A stretch of DNA of 32,000 bases, from assembly GCA_000002975.1 (NCBI GenBank), contig AJ010592.2, positions 120,001 to 152,000 of the forward strand, read 5' to 3'. Origin of the DNA: Guillardia theta nucleomorph. Taxonomy: Eukaryota > Protista > Cryptophyta. The position numbers and the translations under genes were made by a program. Numbering within the stretch: position 1 is the first letter of the stretch; every line of letters starts with the position of its first letter. Shown one piece after another: positions 11,401 through 20,298 of this stretch. The notes under the pieces were generated by a model, which searched no databases, was not told where the DNA came from, and was given only the letters and a program-made list of their open reading frames with translations.

Positions 11401-12288
11401 TTAAAAAAAAGAATAAAAAAATTTCAATGCCTCAGTTGATTTTAATCTTTTTTTAGGATCATAAACAAGAATCTTCTGTAGTAAAAATATTAAATTTTTG
11501 TTTGTTTTTGACTCGAGTTTTAAGTTTAATTTATTGTAAGGTTGTATAGGAAAAACTATGTTTTTAGTAAATTTTAAAGTATGTAAATTTAACCAAATTT
11601 CTGTGGTAGGAGTTCCAATAGTCTGAAAAATTTTATTTAATTGATCTAACTCAGATTTGCCTTGAAATAAAATTTCTCCTGTAATCAATTCTCCTATAAC
11701 ACAACCAAATGACCACATATCTACTGAATAATCATAAAAATGTTGACCTAATAATATTTCTGGAGCTCTGTACCATAATGTGACGATTTTATCAGATAGA
11801 CATATTTTTTTACTACATAAGAAGGTTCCCATCCCAAAGTCACATATTTTTACGATTCCTAATCTATTAATCAATATATTGCTCGATTTTAAATCTCTAT
11901 GAATTATTTTGTTCAGATGAAGATAAACAATAGAATTTAAAAGTTGCAATCCTATGAATAAAATCTGGTTTGTGGAAATTTTTATTTTATTTTCTATTAG
12001 ATTTCTTAAATTTAATTCACAGAAATCCATAATTAAAGAAATTTTATCTTCATTTTTTGAATATAAGAAGTTTTGCAAGAATATTAAATTTGGATGAAAT
12101 ATATATGATAAAAATCTAACTTCACTTATGTATTCTTTTTTAAGTGAATTATTTGAGTAATAAATTTCAATTTCTTTACAGGCACATTTTTTAATTTTCA
12201 TTTTCATCATTTCAAATACTTTACCATATGTTCCGTAGTCAATTAATTTTTTTTTTATATACTTAATTCCTCTTTCAATTGTAAACAT
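11401..12288 (-). CDS. Cyclin-dependent (cdc2-related) Ser/Thr kinase, most like the CDK10/CDK11 group
   Basis: GTYGKV, HRDLKSSNIL, KICDFG, VTLWYRAPEILLG, DMWSFGC, GKSELDQLNKIF. Confidence 0.88.
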   Translation of the reverse strand: MFTIERGIKYIKKKLIDYGTYGKVFEMMKMKIKKCACKEIEIYYSNNSLKKEYISEVRFLSYIFHPNLIFLQNFLYSKNEDKISLIMDFCELNLRNLIENKIKISTNQILFIGLQLLNSIVYLHLNKIIHRDLKSSNILINRLGIVKICDFGMGTFLCSKKICLSDKIVTLWYRAPEILLGQHFYDYSVDMWSFGCVIGELITGEILFQGKSELDQLNKIFQTIGTPTTEIWLNLHTLKFTKNIVFPIQPYNKLNLKLESKTNKNLIFLLQKILVYDPKKRLKSTEALKFFYSFF

Positions 12289-12564
12289 CCGCGTACCTTG
12301 AATCTGTGTTTAAATTATATATTAAATAATTATGTTATTTAAAAAAAAAATATAAATTCACCTAAATGAGATAGTATGTCATTATTAATAAAAATACTTA
12401 AATCACTTTTTTTTTAATGAAGAATAATTAATGCATGAATTATATTTCTTAAATTATCTACAAATTTTACGATTAAACGACTAGTTTTCGTAATTAATAA
12501 ATTTGAAAATTTTCTTTAAAGTTATTAATGTTAAATTTTTGTTAATTTTTAACTTAATATTTTA

Positions 12565-12908
12565 ATGCATAGATTCAAAATTATTAATATTAGTATTAAT
12601 GGAGAAATTAGTTTATATTACGAGGTAAGTAGTAAATATTTTTTTTTTTATAAATAATGTTAATATAGAACGAAAAGTGTGCAATTTGTAGAAATAATCT
12701 TGAAGACAATGCTCCTGATTTCGAAGAAAGGGTCGGAAAACATTCGAAAAATTTTCTAGATCAAATATCTAAAAATTGTTTTTTAGCATATGGTCGTTGT
12801 GGACATTCTTTTCACTTAATTTGTATAGAAAATTGGATTATTCTTAATAAAAATTGCCCTTTATGTTCTAGAATATGGGTATATGAAAATATTAGGCTAA
12901 GTATTTAA
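12565..12908 (+). CDS. RING-box protein (Rbx1/Apc11 family RING-H2), spliced: exons 12565-12624 and 12669-12908, 99 aa; absent from the ORF track
   Basis: The spliced product is MHRFKIINISINGEISLYYE|NEKCAICRNNL...CFLAYGRCGHSFHLICIENWIILNKNCPLCSRIWVYENIRLSI*. It matches the Rbx1 pattern CAICRN...C-x-H-x-F-H-x-x-C...W...CPL. Confidence 0.9.
12625..12668 (+). other. 44-nt spliceosomal intron in the RING-box gene
   Basis: GAG|GTAAGTAG...T-run...GTTAATATAG|AAC, phase 0. The unspliced frame hits a TAA. Confidence 0.9.
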
Positions 12909-12955
12909 AATAATTTACTATATTAAAATATATTGTGTTCACGTTAAATATTTAA

Positions 12956-13150
12956 ATGAAAAAAATAAATAAAATAATAGAAAAAGAAGAAATTTATACT
13001 TACAGAGAATATAGAGAATTATCATTAACATTCAGGAAAAAAAATAAATATAAATTTAGTGTTAAAAATCTTTTTTTAATTGATTTAAAAACGATTTTTG
13101 TTATTCATTTTGTCTTTCTAAATAATATTTTAATTGAATTTTTTAAATAA
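12956..13150 (+). CDS. Small hypothetical protein (64 aa)
   Basis: ATG-initiated ORF filling the gap between two genes; no recognisable motif. Confidence 0.4.
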   Translation: MKKINKIIEKEEIYTYREYRELSLTFRKKNKYKFSVKNLFLIDLKTIFVIHFVFLNNILIEFFK

Positions 13151-13186
13151 TATTGTTATAAAAAAATTTTTTCCTTTTATTATAAG

Positions 13187-14284
13187 ATGACATTCTCTGA
13201 TACTATGATGTTGATTAAATGTATGGATGGTCACGTAGATTGTATTTCAAAAATAGTATGTAATGAATATAATAATGATGTTTTTTATTCCAGCTCACTC
13301 GATGGAAAAATAAAATTTTGGTGCTTACAAAATGAAAGTTGTTTAAAAACAATAGATGCTTATACTACATCGATTAAAGAGTTATTGGTATATAGTAATG
13401 GAAAATTTTTGGTGAGTTGCTCTGATAACAATGAATTAAAATTATGGGAAAATGAATATTTAAGCAACAAGTGTCTAAATTCAAAAAAAATAAATTTTAA
13501 TGTATCAAGCATTGACCACGGGTCCATTAGTTCAACTTTGGCAGCAGGAGGTAAAGAATTATTATTAGTCGAAAAATTTAGCTTGAAAACGTTGAGAATG
13601 ATTAAAAATAAAAATTCTGAAATCACAAAATTAAAATTTAATCCAGTTGAATATAATATATTGTTATCTGCATTTTCTACAAAAAAAATAAAATTATTTG
13701 ATACTAGATTGAAATTTTACAGCAATATACTAAATATCGGTATTAAGATAACAGATTTGTGTTGGATTCAAAATAGGCCTTTTGAATTTTTATTTTCGGG
13801 TGGTGACTGTAAAATATACCTTTTTGATATAAGAAACACTAGAACATTCAAACAATATTACGAAGGTCATACTAATACTGTACAATCTATCTCTTATGAA
13901 AAAAGGTCAAATACAATTGCATCTGCTTGTTTAGATAATTGTTTAGGATTATTTAATAAAAATTTTCCTTCTAAATACAATCTTTTACATCTTGAAAATA
14001 TGGGAAGAATTAATTCAATTTCATTTTTTAATTCTGGAGAATATTTTGTAACTGGAGGAGAAGATTCTAAAATTAGGATTTGGAAAAATCCTTATTTTAA
14101 TTCAAAAATATACAAATTTGTAAATAACGATAATAGAAAGAATATTTACAATAATCTAAGTGTATTTTTTTTTTTTAAACCAAAAAATACTCCTAAATAT
14201 GTAAAGAGAAAAATTAAATTTAATAAAATGCTGTTATCAAAAATTAAAACAAAAGATAAAAATAATAAATATTTTTTTTATTAA
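13187..14284 (+). CDS. sof1: U3 snoRNP WD40 protein Sof1 (DCAF13)
   Basis: MDGHVDCI at the N-terminus, LKFNPVEYNILLS, IYLFDIRN, YEGHTNTV and VTGGEDSKIRIWK, followed by a basic tail. Confidence 0.82.
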   Translation: MTFSDTMMLIKCMDGHVDCISKIVCNEYNNDVFYSSSLDGKIKFWCLQNESCLKTIDAYTTSIKELLVYSNGKFLVSCSDNNELKLWENEYLSNKCLNSKKINFNVSSIDHGSISSTLAAGGKELLLVEKFSLKTLRMIKNKNSEITKLKFNPVEYNILLSAFSTKKIKLFDTRLKFYSNILNIGIKITDLCWIQNRPFEFLFSGGDCKIYLFDIRNTRTFKQYYEGHTNTVQSISYEKRSNTIASACLDNCLGLFNKNFPSKYNLLHLENMGRINSISFFNSGEYFVTGGEDSKIRIWKNPYFNSKIYKFVNNDNRKNIYNNLSVFFFFKPKNTPKYVKRKIKFNKMLLSKIKTKDKNNKYFFY

Positions 14285-14321
14285 TTTTATGTAATAAAAA
14301 AATTATATCCAATTTAAAATG

Positions 14322-15338
14322 TTAATTTGGGTTTTTTGATAAAAATCTCGAATATATCCCTAAATAATATAATTTACTGAATATACTATTTTTATTTTTA
14401 AATTCTTCTAAAATTTTTTCTTTATTTAGAGGTTTTATTCTAAACTTAAAAGATTTTTTATGATGATTCGAAATACTAAAATCTAAATGCTTTAATTTTG
14501 AAATCGACGAAAAATCTAAAATTTTGTGAATAACTATCGATAATAGTTTTAAATTATCAATTATCAGTTTATTATTATTTAAATAAATTGAAACAATGTA
14601 AAAATACATGAATATTAATTTAATTTCACTCTTTCCCGGATAATATAAACAAATTTTTGAGAAAAATGAATTTATTCTTGAAAAATTTTTTTTCTTGATT
14701 TTTAAATTATCTTTTTTGATGTTTATTTTCCTTTTTTTATATTTATTTAAAATATTTAAATCTCTATTTTTTGTATTCATAATATACTTGTAGGTAACAG
14801 TTCGATATATAATTGTCTTATAGCATTTTAATCTTTTTTTTTTTTGTGAAATTTGAAAATTGCTTAAATTAGTTAGCGATAATAAATTCCTAAATCTTAA
14901 AAATATTTGCATTTTTAATAGATCATTGATCCGAAAAAATTTTTTTAAATATCTCTTAGATTCTTCTTTAAATTTTGCTAAGTTGATAAAACCTGAAAGA
15001 ATAATATGAATAGTTTTTAAGTTTATGTCTAAATAGTTATATAAAGTAAATGAAAAAAAACCTGCAATTGTTGTTAAATATTTAATATTTTTGAAAATTG
15101 ATAAAAATTTAATTGACAATTCATAATATTCGGGATTTTTAATGGTTTTTATTATAAATAGACTTCTTATTAAACTATTTATACTTTTTCCACTATAATA
15201 TTCTATAGTTTTTTCAATTAAATTTTCAAAGTTATTATTTTCCATTTTATCAATATCAAAATTTTTATCAATTATTTTTATTTGAATTAGACAATTCAGA
15301 ATAACATCTTTTTTCAATAATGGGAAAGAAAAATTCAT
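14322..15338 (-). CDS. nuf2: Divergent kinetochore protein Nuf2
   Basis: N-terminal FSFPLL..DVILNCL and ILSGFINLAKFKEE match the two conserved ends of the Nuf2 CH domain. Confidence 0.72.
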   Translation of the reverse strand: MNFSFPLLKKDVILNCLIQIKIIDKNFDIDKMENNNFENLIEKTIEYYSGKSINSLIRSLFIIKTIKNPEYYELSIKFLSIFKNIKYLTTIAGFFSFTLYNYLDINLKTIHIILSGFINLAKFKEESKRYLKKFFRINDLLKMQIFLRFRNLLSLTNLSNFQISQKKKRLKCYKTIIYRTVTYKYIMNTKNRDLNILNKYKKRKINIKKDNLKIKKKNFSRINSFFSKICLYYPGKSEIKLIFMYFYIVSIYLNNNKLIIDNLKLLSIVIHKILDFSSISKLKHLDFSISNHHKKSFKFRIKPLNKEKILEEFKNKNSIFSKLYYLGIYSRFLSKNPN

Positions 15339-15380
15339 TAAATAATTATAAAATTATTTAAATTTTATATTTGATTGCTA

Positions 15381-15758
15381 ATGGATAATAGCAAAATCAT
15401 TACTATAAGAAAAATTATACATTTAGTGAGAAAAATTAACAAAATGAAAATTATCTTTCAAGAAGATAAATTATTTGACAAAATAACAAAAATTATTGAA
15501 AAAAAATTATTAAATTTAGGAATAATTAAAGATAAAGAAAGATTTAAAAATAAAAAACTAAAATACCACGAATTTCAAAAAAGGATGTTTTACAGGGTTT
15601 TAAAAAAAAAAATTCCTAAATTAACGCTAAGTTTATCCATTAAATTAATCTTATGTCGTAAAGTATTAATTAATAATGAAATCATAAATGATCCTTTTGT
15701 TTTAATAAGTAAAAAATTTGAAAACTCCATAAAACTAATTAAATATCCATTTTATTAA
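15381..15758 (+). CDS. imp3: U3 snoRNP protein Imp3 (S4 domain), N-terminally shortened
   Basis: KKLLNLGII and KVLINNEIINDPFVLISKKFENSI resemble Imp3 DKLYAMGVL and [24 protein letters not shown]. ATG is at 15381; the track starts at TTG 15375. Confidence 0.75.
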   Translation: MDNSKIITIRKIIHLVRKINKMKIIFQEDKLFDKITKIIEKKLLNLGIIKDKERFKNKKLKYHEFQKRMFYRVLKKKIPKLTLSLSIKLILCRKVLINNEIINDPFVLISKKFENSIKLIKYPFY

Positions 15759-15769
15759 ATAAATTTAAA

Positions 15770-16693
15770 ATGATTTATAACATTTATAGATATCTTATTA
15801 GCAAAAATAATTTGATCAAAAAAATAAAAAGAAAAATATCAAAATATTTGTGTGTTTTAAATAATTATAATCGATATGATCCTAGACATATTTTACCAAA
15901 ATTTCACATAATAAAACAAAAAAAATTTTTCTTTTTAGAATTAGATGGTTACATCAACAATATTTTTGATTATGTTCTATTATCAGAATATTTAATATTC
16001 AATATAAATTTAAAAAATAACCTAATTTCAAAGAAGATATTTTTATTACTTGAAAAATATTATCCAGAATTTAACAAAATAATACTACTTATAGTTAATC
16101 TTTTTGTTTACGATAATTCATTTAAAAGAAAATTTTATAAATTTTTTATTTCAAAATTTTGTACTTATAGGAATATCATAATCACATTTCTCGATATTAA
16201 AGTTTCTAAAATTGAAAAAAAAGTTTTCAATTCCATTAAAACTAATAAGAATTATTTTAATTTTGAAATTAAACTTAGAAAAATATTTATGATTTTATTT
16301 TGCACATTTTTTAGACATTTTTATATGATTAATTTAAGTGATAAATTATTAATGTTTCTTTCTAGAAAGTTTTTGAGTTTAAACATACATAATATTCTGG
16401 AAAGAATTTTTTCATTGTTTAAAACTTACAATATACTACAACAAAAATCCTTTTTGTTGTTCTCATCGTACCCAACTTTTCTTTCTTATACTTATTTTAG
16501 TGATGTTTTAGGGTTATCTAATTGTATTAATCAATCAATTCATAATATGTTAATTGATTACATTAAAATGGGTTTAAATTGTGTATTTTTTAACTTTAAA
16601 GAACTCAAAAAGTTAAAAAAAATAAAGATGATTAAAGAAAAAAATAAAATAAAAGTGGAAAAAAATTTTAAATTAAATAAATTTTTAATTTAG
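15770..16693 (+). CDS. Hypothetical protein (307 aa ORFan)
   Basis: Long ATG-initiated ORF in AT-rich DNA that tiles tightly between neighbours; no motif recognised. Confidence 0.7.
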   Translation: MIYNIYRYLISKNNLIKKIKRKISKYLCVLNNYNRYDPRHILPKFHIIKQKKFFFLELDGYINNIFDYVLLSEYLIFNINLKNNLISKKIFLLLEKYYPEFNKIILLIVNLFVYDNSFKRKFYKFFISKFCTYRNIIITFLDIKVSKIEKKVFNSIKTNKNYFNFEIKLRKIFMILFCTFFRHFYMINLSDKLLMFLSRKFLSLNIHNILERIFSLFKTYNILQQKSFLLFSSYPTFLSYTYFSDVLGLSNCINQSIHNMLIDYIKMGLNCVFFNFKELKKLKKIKMIKEKNKIKVEKNFKLNKFLI

Positions 16694-17610
16694 TTAATTT
16701 TTTTGAATTTTTTTTTAAATTTATTAATAAAAGGGCCATCGATTGAATATAATATGTCTTTGTAATGATCATAATATAACCTAGGTTTATTTAGATGATG
16801 ATATTTTTTAAAAATTTGATTATAGGATCTTAAATAAAGTTTTGTTTTTTCTAGAATAATTTCGTTAATAAAACCATCGATTGTTGTTATTAAATTTAAA
16901 TTAGGGAACATCATAATGTCTGAAAATTTTTTTACATAGCAATTTAGACTTTTTTCTATAGCACCATCCTTTCTGTAAAAAAAAATTTCATTTTTTGAGA
17001 TTGAAGTAAAATAATTTGAAAAAGGAGAATATTCTATTTTTTTAATCTTTTTTTTGTGATTTTTTAAAATTTTGGTAACTTTATCTGATACAATATCATA
17101 TAAAATTATTGATTTGGTAAAAGAATCATAAATTAAATGAGGACTTTCTTCCTTGAAAATTAGTTCTTTTGAGAATTTGCTAGATTTTTTTAAAATTTTT
17201 ATCGGTTTATTAAGTCTCAAGTCCCATAATTTGATTGTTCCATCAAAAGAATTAGAAACAATAAGATCTAATATAGAATGTTTTTTAATAGAATATATTT
17301 TTGAGGAATGTGCAGAGAATTTTCTCATTAAGCAATTTTTATTTAAATTCCATAACATAAGATCATAGTGTTGTCCTGTCGATATGAGTAAATTATACTT
17401 ACTCAAAAACTCAAAAATATCGTTTGTGAATTCACAATCTAGGTGAGAGATCATTTTAAAATTAATTAAATTGTATATTTTAAGTATGTCTTTATCTTTC
17501 AATAATAAGTAGCTTCTTTTTGATCCCAAAAACATTGCCTCGAATTTTTTTTCATCAATTCTGATAGATTTTTTTTTTTCATAATATGGAATGATAGAGT
17601 AACTATTCAT
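16690..17610 (-). CDS. prl1: Prp46/PLRG1 (PRL1)-like WD40 splicing factor
   Basis: LMRKFSAHSSKIYSIKKHSILDLIVSNSFDGTIKLWDLR and KVTKILKNHKKKIK align with PLRG1 [39 protein letters not shown] and KTRVTLTNHKKSVR. Confidence 0.78.
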   Translation of the reverse strand: MNSYSIIPYYEKKKSIRIDEKKFEAMFLGSKRSYLLLKDKDILKIYNLINFKMISHLDCEFTNDIFEFLSKYNLLISTGQHYDLMLWNLNKNCLMRKFSAHSSKIYSIKKHSILDLIVSNSFDGTIKLWDLRLNKPIKILKKSSKFSKELIFKEESPHLIYDSFTKSIILYDIVSDKVTKILKNHKKKIKKIEYSPFSNYFTSISKNEIFFYRKDGAIEKSLNCYVKKFSDIMMFPNLNLITTIDGFINEIILEKTKLYLRSYNQIFKKYHHLNKPRLYYDHYKDILYSIDGPFINKFKKKFKKIN

Positions 17611-17642
17611 AATATTTAACTTAGGTTAAATTATAAATAAAA

Positions 17643-17903
17643 ATGATAATTTATATAATAAAAAGAGATATAAAATTCAAAACAATAACTTCAATATCGA
17701 GAATAAAATATAAAAAAATTAAAAATAAAATTAAAAATTCAAATACAGATTTTAATCATTTCCTGAAAAAAATCCTATTAAATAAAATAAAGAATTTCAT
17801 ATTAATATATAAATATTCTTATAAAACTAAAGAGTATTTAATGAATAATTTGTTTCAAAAACAACTAGGGGTAAAATATCCACAGTTATATCAATTTCCA
17901 TAA
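17643..17903 (+). CDS. Small basic hypothetical protein (86 aa) with weak resemblance to Nop10
   Basis: ATG-initiated ORF filling the gap; see findings. Confidence 0.5.
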   Translation: MIIYIIKRDIKFKTITSISRIKYKKIKNKIKNSNTDFNHFLKKILLNKIKNFILIYKYSYKTKEYLMNNLFQKQLGVKYPQLYQFP

Positions 17904-17985
17904 AACCAAATTAAAAATTTTAAGCAATTGAAAATAAAAACTATACATAATGTTTACAAGTTCCTTTTTAAAATTAAATTAAAAA

Positions 17986-18957
17986 TTATAATTGTATATT
18001 AATACTTTCATTTAGCAGCCAAAATCCATAAATTTTATTCTCAGGTAAGCCTGACATCACTGATATAAAATGAAATCCGCTATTTAATCTCTTCTGATTT
18101 TCAAATTTAGTACCATCTTGTATTTTTTTAATATCAATTTTGGCAAACAAAAATTTAGTATCTAATGAACAATCTAAAACTATAGAAGATTTTTCTTGGT
18201 CGAAACTAATAGAAAAAACTTCCAATCCATTAATCCAGTTTGCTAATGAATTTGCACGATTACTTAATATTACTATTCCTGGTATTTTATCTATATCGTA
18301 CTTATTTTCATCTATTTTAAAACTATCTTTCATAACTGATTGATCTTTTAAAATTACATTTATCTCTTCTAGAGAAGCTAGTACAAAACTAAAGTTTTCT
18401 CCTAGAAGAATATCCGGCATTCTCTGAGGGAATCTTTTTAAAGATAAGTCTTCTTTATATTCTCTTAAATATGGTTTATAACCAATCATTTCAGGGTATA
18501 TAGTTTTTTCTCTCTCTCTTATTATTTCAAAAAGAGCATATGTTCTTCTACTTGGCTTCACATTTATATCTAAATCTGACAAAGCAATCGAAATCATGTT
18601 AAACATTTGAGCTCTAAAAAATTTAATTACATCAGGCTTTTTTTCTGCAGAGTTTATAATATTTAATAGCTTTCTTCTTAGCTCTTTAGAATTTACCATA
18701 TTGTTTGGTACGGATTCAATTATTTGAAGGCTCTTATCCTTGTTTACAATTATAAGCTCCCAAAGTTTTTTTCCATCATCAAGTATCACTGGCCTAGAGA
18801 AAAAATCTAATTCCCATACTTCATCACTGACCATTTTTAGATTTATAATCTTTCTCTGTTTTGAAAACTTAAAAGTTTTATTACGATTTTTATTCAAACA
18901 TACATTATTACAAACTTTCCTCGTTGGATAAAATAAATTATTAAAAACAAATAACAT
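17986..18957 (-). CDS. tab2: Tab2/ATAB2 (DUF1092) plastid RNA-binding protein
   Basis: VWELDFFSRPV..DGKKLWELII, VNSKELR, FFRAQMFNMI, PSRRTYAL, GFHFISV and GFWLL, preceded by a ~45 aa Phe-starting basic extension. Confidence 0.9.
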   Translation of the reverse strand: MLFVFNNLFYPTRKVCNNVCLNKNRNKTFKFSKQRKIINLKMVSDEVWELDFFSRPVILDDGKKLWELIIVNKDKSLQIIESVPNNMVNSKELRRKLLNIINSAEKKPDVIKFFRAQMFNMISIALSDLDINVKPSRRTYALFEIIREREKTIYPEMIGYKPYLREYKEDLSLKRFPQRMPDILLGENFSFVLASLEEINVILKDQSVMKDSFKIDENKYDIDKIPGIVILSNRANSLANWINGLEVFSISFDQEKSSIVLDCSLDTKFLFAKIDIKKIQDGTKFENQKRLNSGFHFISVMSGLPENKIYGFWLLNESINIQL

Positions 18958-19023
18958 TGTTTTAAATAACTAAACTTAGATGTTATGGACAACCAATGAG
19001 TTGTAGAATTTAATAATTATCAA

Positions 19024-20001
19024 ATGATTGTCTTAAAGGAAATTAAGTTTATTAAAATATCTAAGAATTCAAGAATATTTAAAAATCATAAAGAAAGTTT
19101 TTTAAATTTAATAGAAAGCAAGTATGGAATACCATTCGTGTATAAAAATATTTCCAATAAATTATTTCATAAATTCTATATTTTACAAATTATATTATGC
19201 TTAGGTTTTTGTTTTATAAAATATCATTCTGATTTATTAAAAAAAATTAAGAAATATCATTTTACCTATTTTTGTTTTTTTAATTTTATTTCCAATCTTG
19301 ACGAAAAATTCAAAATAAAAAAAAATATTGAACTAAAAAAATTTATTTTAAAGAAAAATAAAAAGTTAAAATACAAAATTCTTTTTAAAAAATTAAATTT
19401 ATTTTTCAACTGTGTTTTGATAAAAAAAAATATTAAAAAAATCTTTAAGTCTCAAGGTTATATGACAAATAAATTTAACATAATTAATTGCTGTAGTTTA
19501 ATTAAAAATATGAAAATTTTGATTACAAAAATAGATAGAATGATAAATTTTACTTCTAAAAAATTGGTTTTATTATTTAAAATTTTAAAACATGTAATAT
19601 TAACAAATGAAAAAAAATCTAATTCTATGACTACTTTTTTATTTACCATGATTTCTACAAAAAATATAATTTATATATGTAGGATTTTAGTAGCATTTTA
19701 TGATATCAAATTGAAAATAATACAAAACAATAAAAAATTGATTTTTTCAATCAAAACTATTTGGATGATTAACGTATATGCATTGCATTTTTCATCAGAA
19801 TGTCAAAAGATTAATTTAAAAAAGATTTTACCAGAGAAAATTTATTTTAATGATTTTATAATTCTTTTCTGTTTAAAATTTTTAAAATTACGTAAATACA
19901 ATTTAAATAAATTATTTAAAAAAACTAACAATTTTACTCTAAAAAAATTAGTTAAATTATATTACACCTTTACGCTATTAAGAAATGTAAAATATTGTTA
20001 A
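19024..20001 (+). CDS. Hypothetical protein (325 aa, K/F/I/L-rich ORFan)
   Basis: Long ATG-initiated ORF; no motif recognised. Confidence 0.65.
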   Translation: MIVLKEIKFIKISKNSRIFKNHKESFLNLIESKYGIPFVYKNISNKLFHKFYILQIILCLGFCFIKYHSDLLKKIKKYHFTYFCFFNFISNLDEKFKIKKNIELKKFILKKNKKLKYKILFKKLNLFFNCVLIKKNIKKIFKSQGYMTNKFNIINCCSLIKNMKILITKIDRMINFTSKKLVLLFKILKHVILTNEKKSNSMTTFLFTMISTKNIIYICRILVAFYDIKLKIIQNNKKLIFSIKTIWMINVYALHFSSECQKINLKKILPEKIYFNDFIILFCLKFLKLRKYNLNKLFKKTNNFTLKKLVKLYYTFTLLRNVKYC

Positions 20002-20024
20002 AGTTATTAGATACTGTAGTTTTA

Positions 20025-20219
20025 ATGAAATTTATTGATTATTATAGATTAAGGGGTGGAGCGTTAGACAGCGTTTCGATGAATATAGCGCGTAAAAAGC
20101 TTTGTGAAAAACTAGTATGCAGAAAATGTTACGCAAGAATGCATATAAAGGCACATAATTGCAGGAAAAAAAAATGTGGCCATTCAAATAAACTCAGATT
20201 AAAAAAAAAAATCAAATAA
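20025..20219 (+). CDS. rpl40: 60S ribosomal protein L40 (eL40) with a vestigial 12-aa leader ending in RLRGG instead of ubiquitin
   Basis: [12 protein letters not shown]|[52 protein letters not shown]. The first in-frame ATG is at 20025; the track's start at 19995 is a TTG. Confidence 0.93.
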   Translation: MKFIDYYRLRGGALDSVSMNIARKKLCEKLVCRKCYARMHIKAHNCRKKKCGHSNKLRLKKKIK

Positions 20220-20223
20220 TAAT

Positions 20224-20295
20224 GGCGCTATAGCTTAGTGGTAGAGCGTTGCACTAGTAATGCAAAGGTCATGAGTTCAACTCTCGTTAGTGCCT
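20224..20295 (+). tRNA. trnT(AGT): tRNA-Thr (anticodon AGT, 20256-20258)
   Basis: Acceptor GGCGCTA/TAGTGCC, D loop TAGTGGT, anticodon arm TTGCA-CTAGTAA-TGCAA, T loop TTCAACT. Confidence 0.96.
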
Positions 20296-20298
20296 CCT

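Noticed and set aside
12304-12361. Possible GTGAAT...CAG intron extending the kinase 5' (adding IQGTR)
   Set aside because: The upstream exon from ATG 12382 ends in TAG right at the donor, the donor is weak, and 58 nt is longer than the two clear introns. A 5' UTR intron is not excluded.
18989-19006. ACAAC/GTTGT hairpin with CCAAT in the tab2 divergent spacer
   Set aside because: A 5-bp stem and a single CCAAT are within chance expectation.
19987-20047. Intron fusing the 325-aa ORF to rpl40
   Set aside because: The GT donors tested (19987, 19997) with the AG at 20047 give the wrong frame or an immediate stop.
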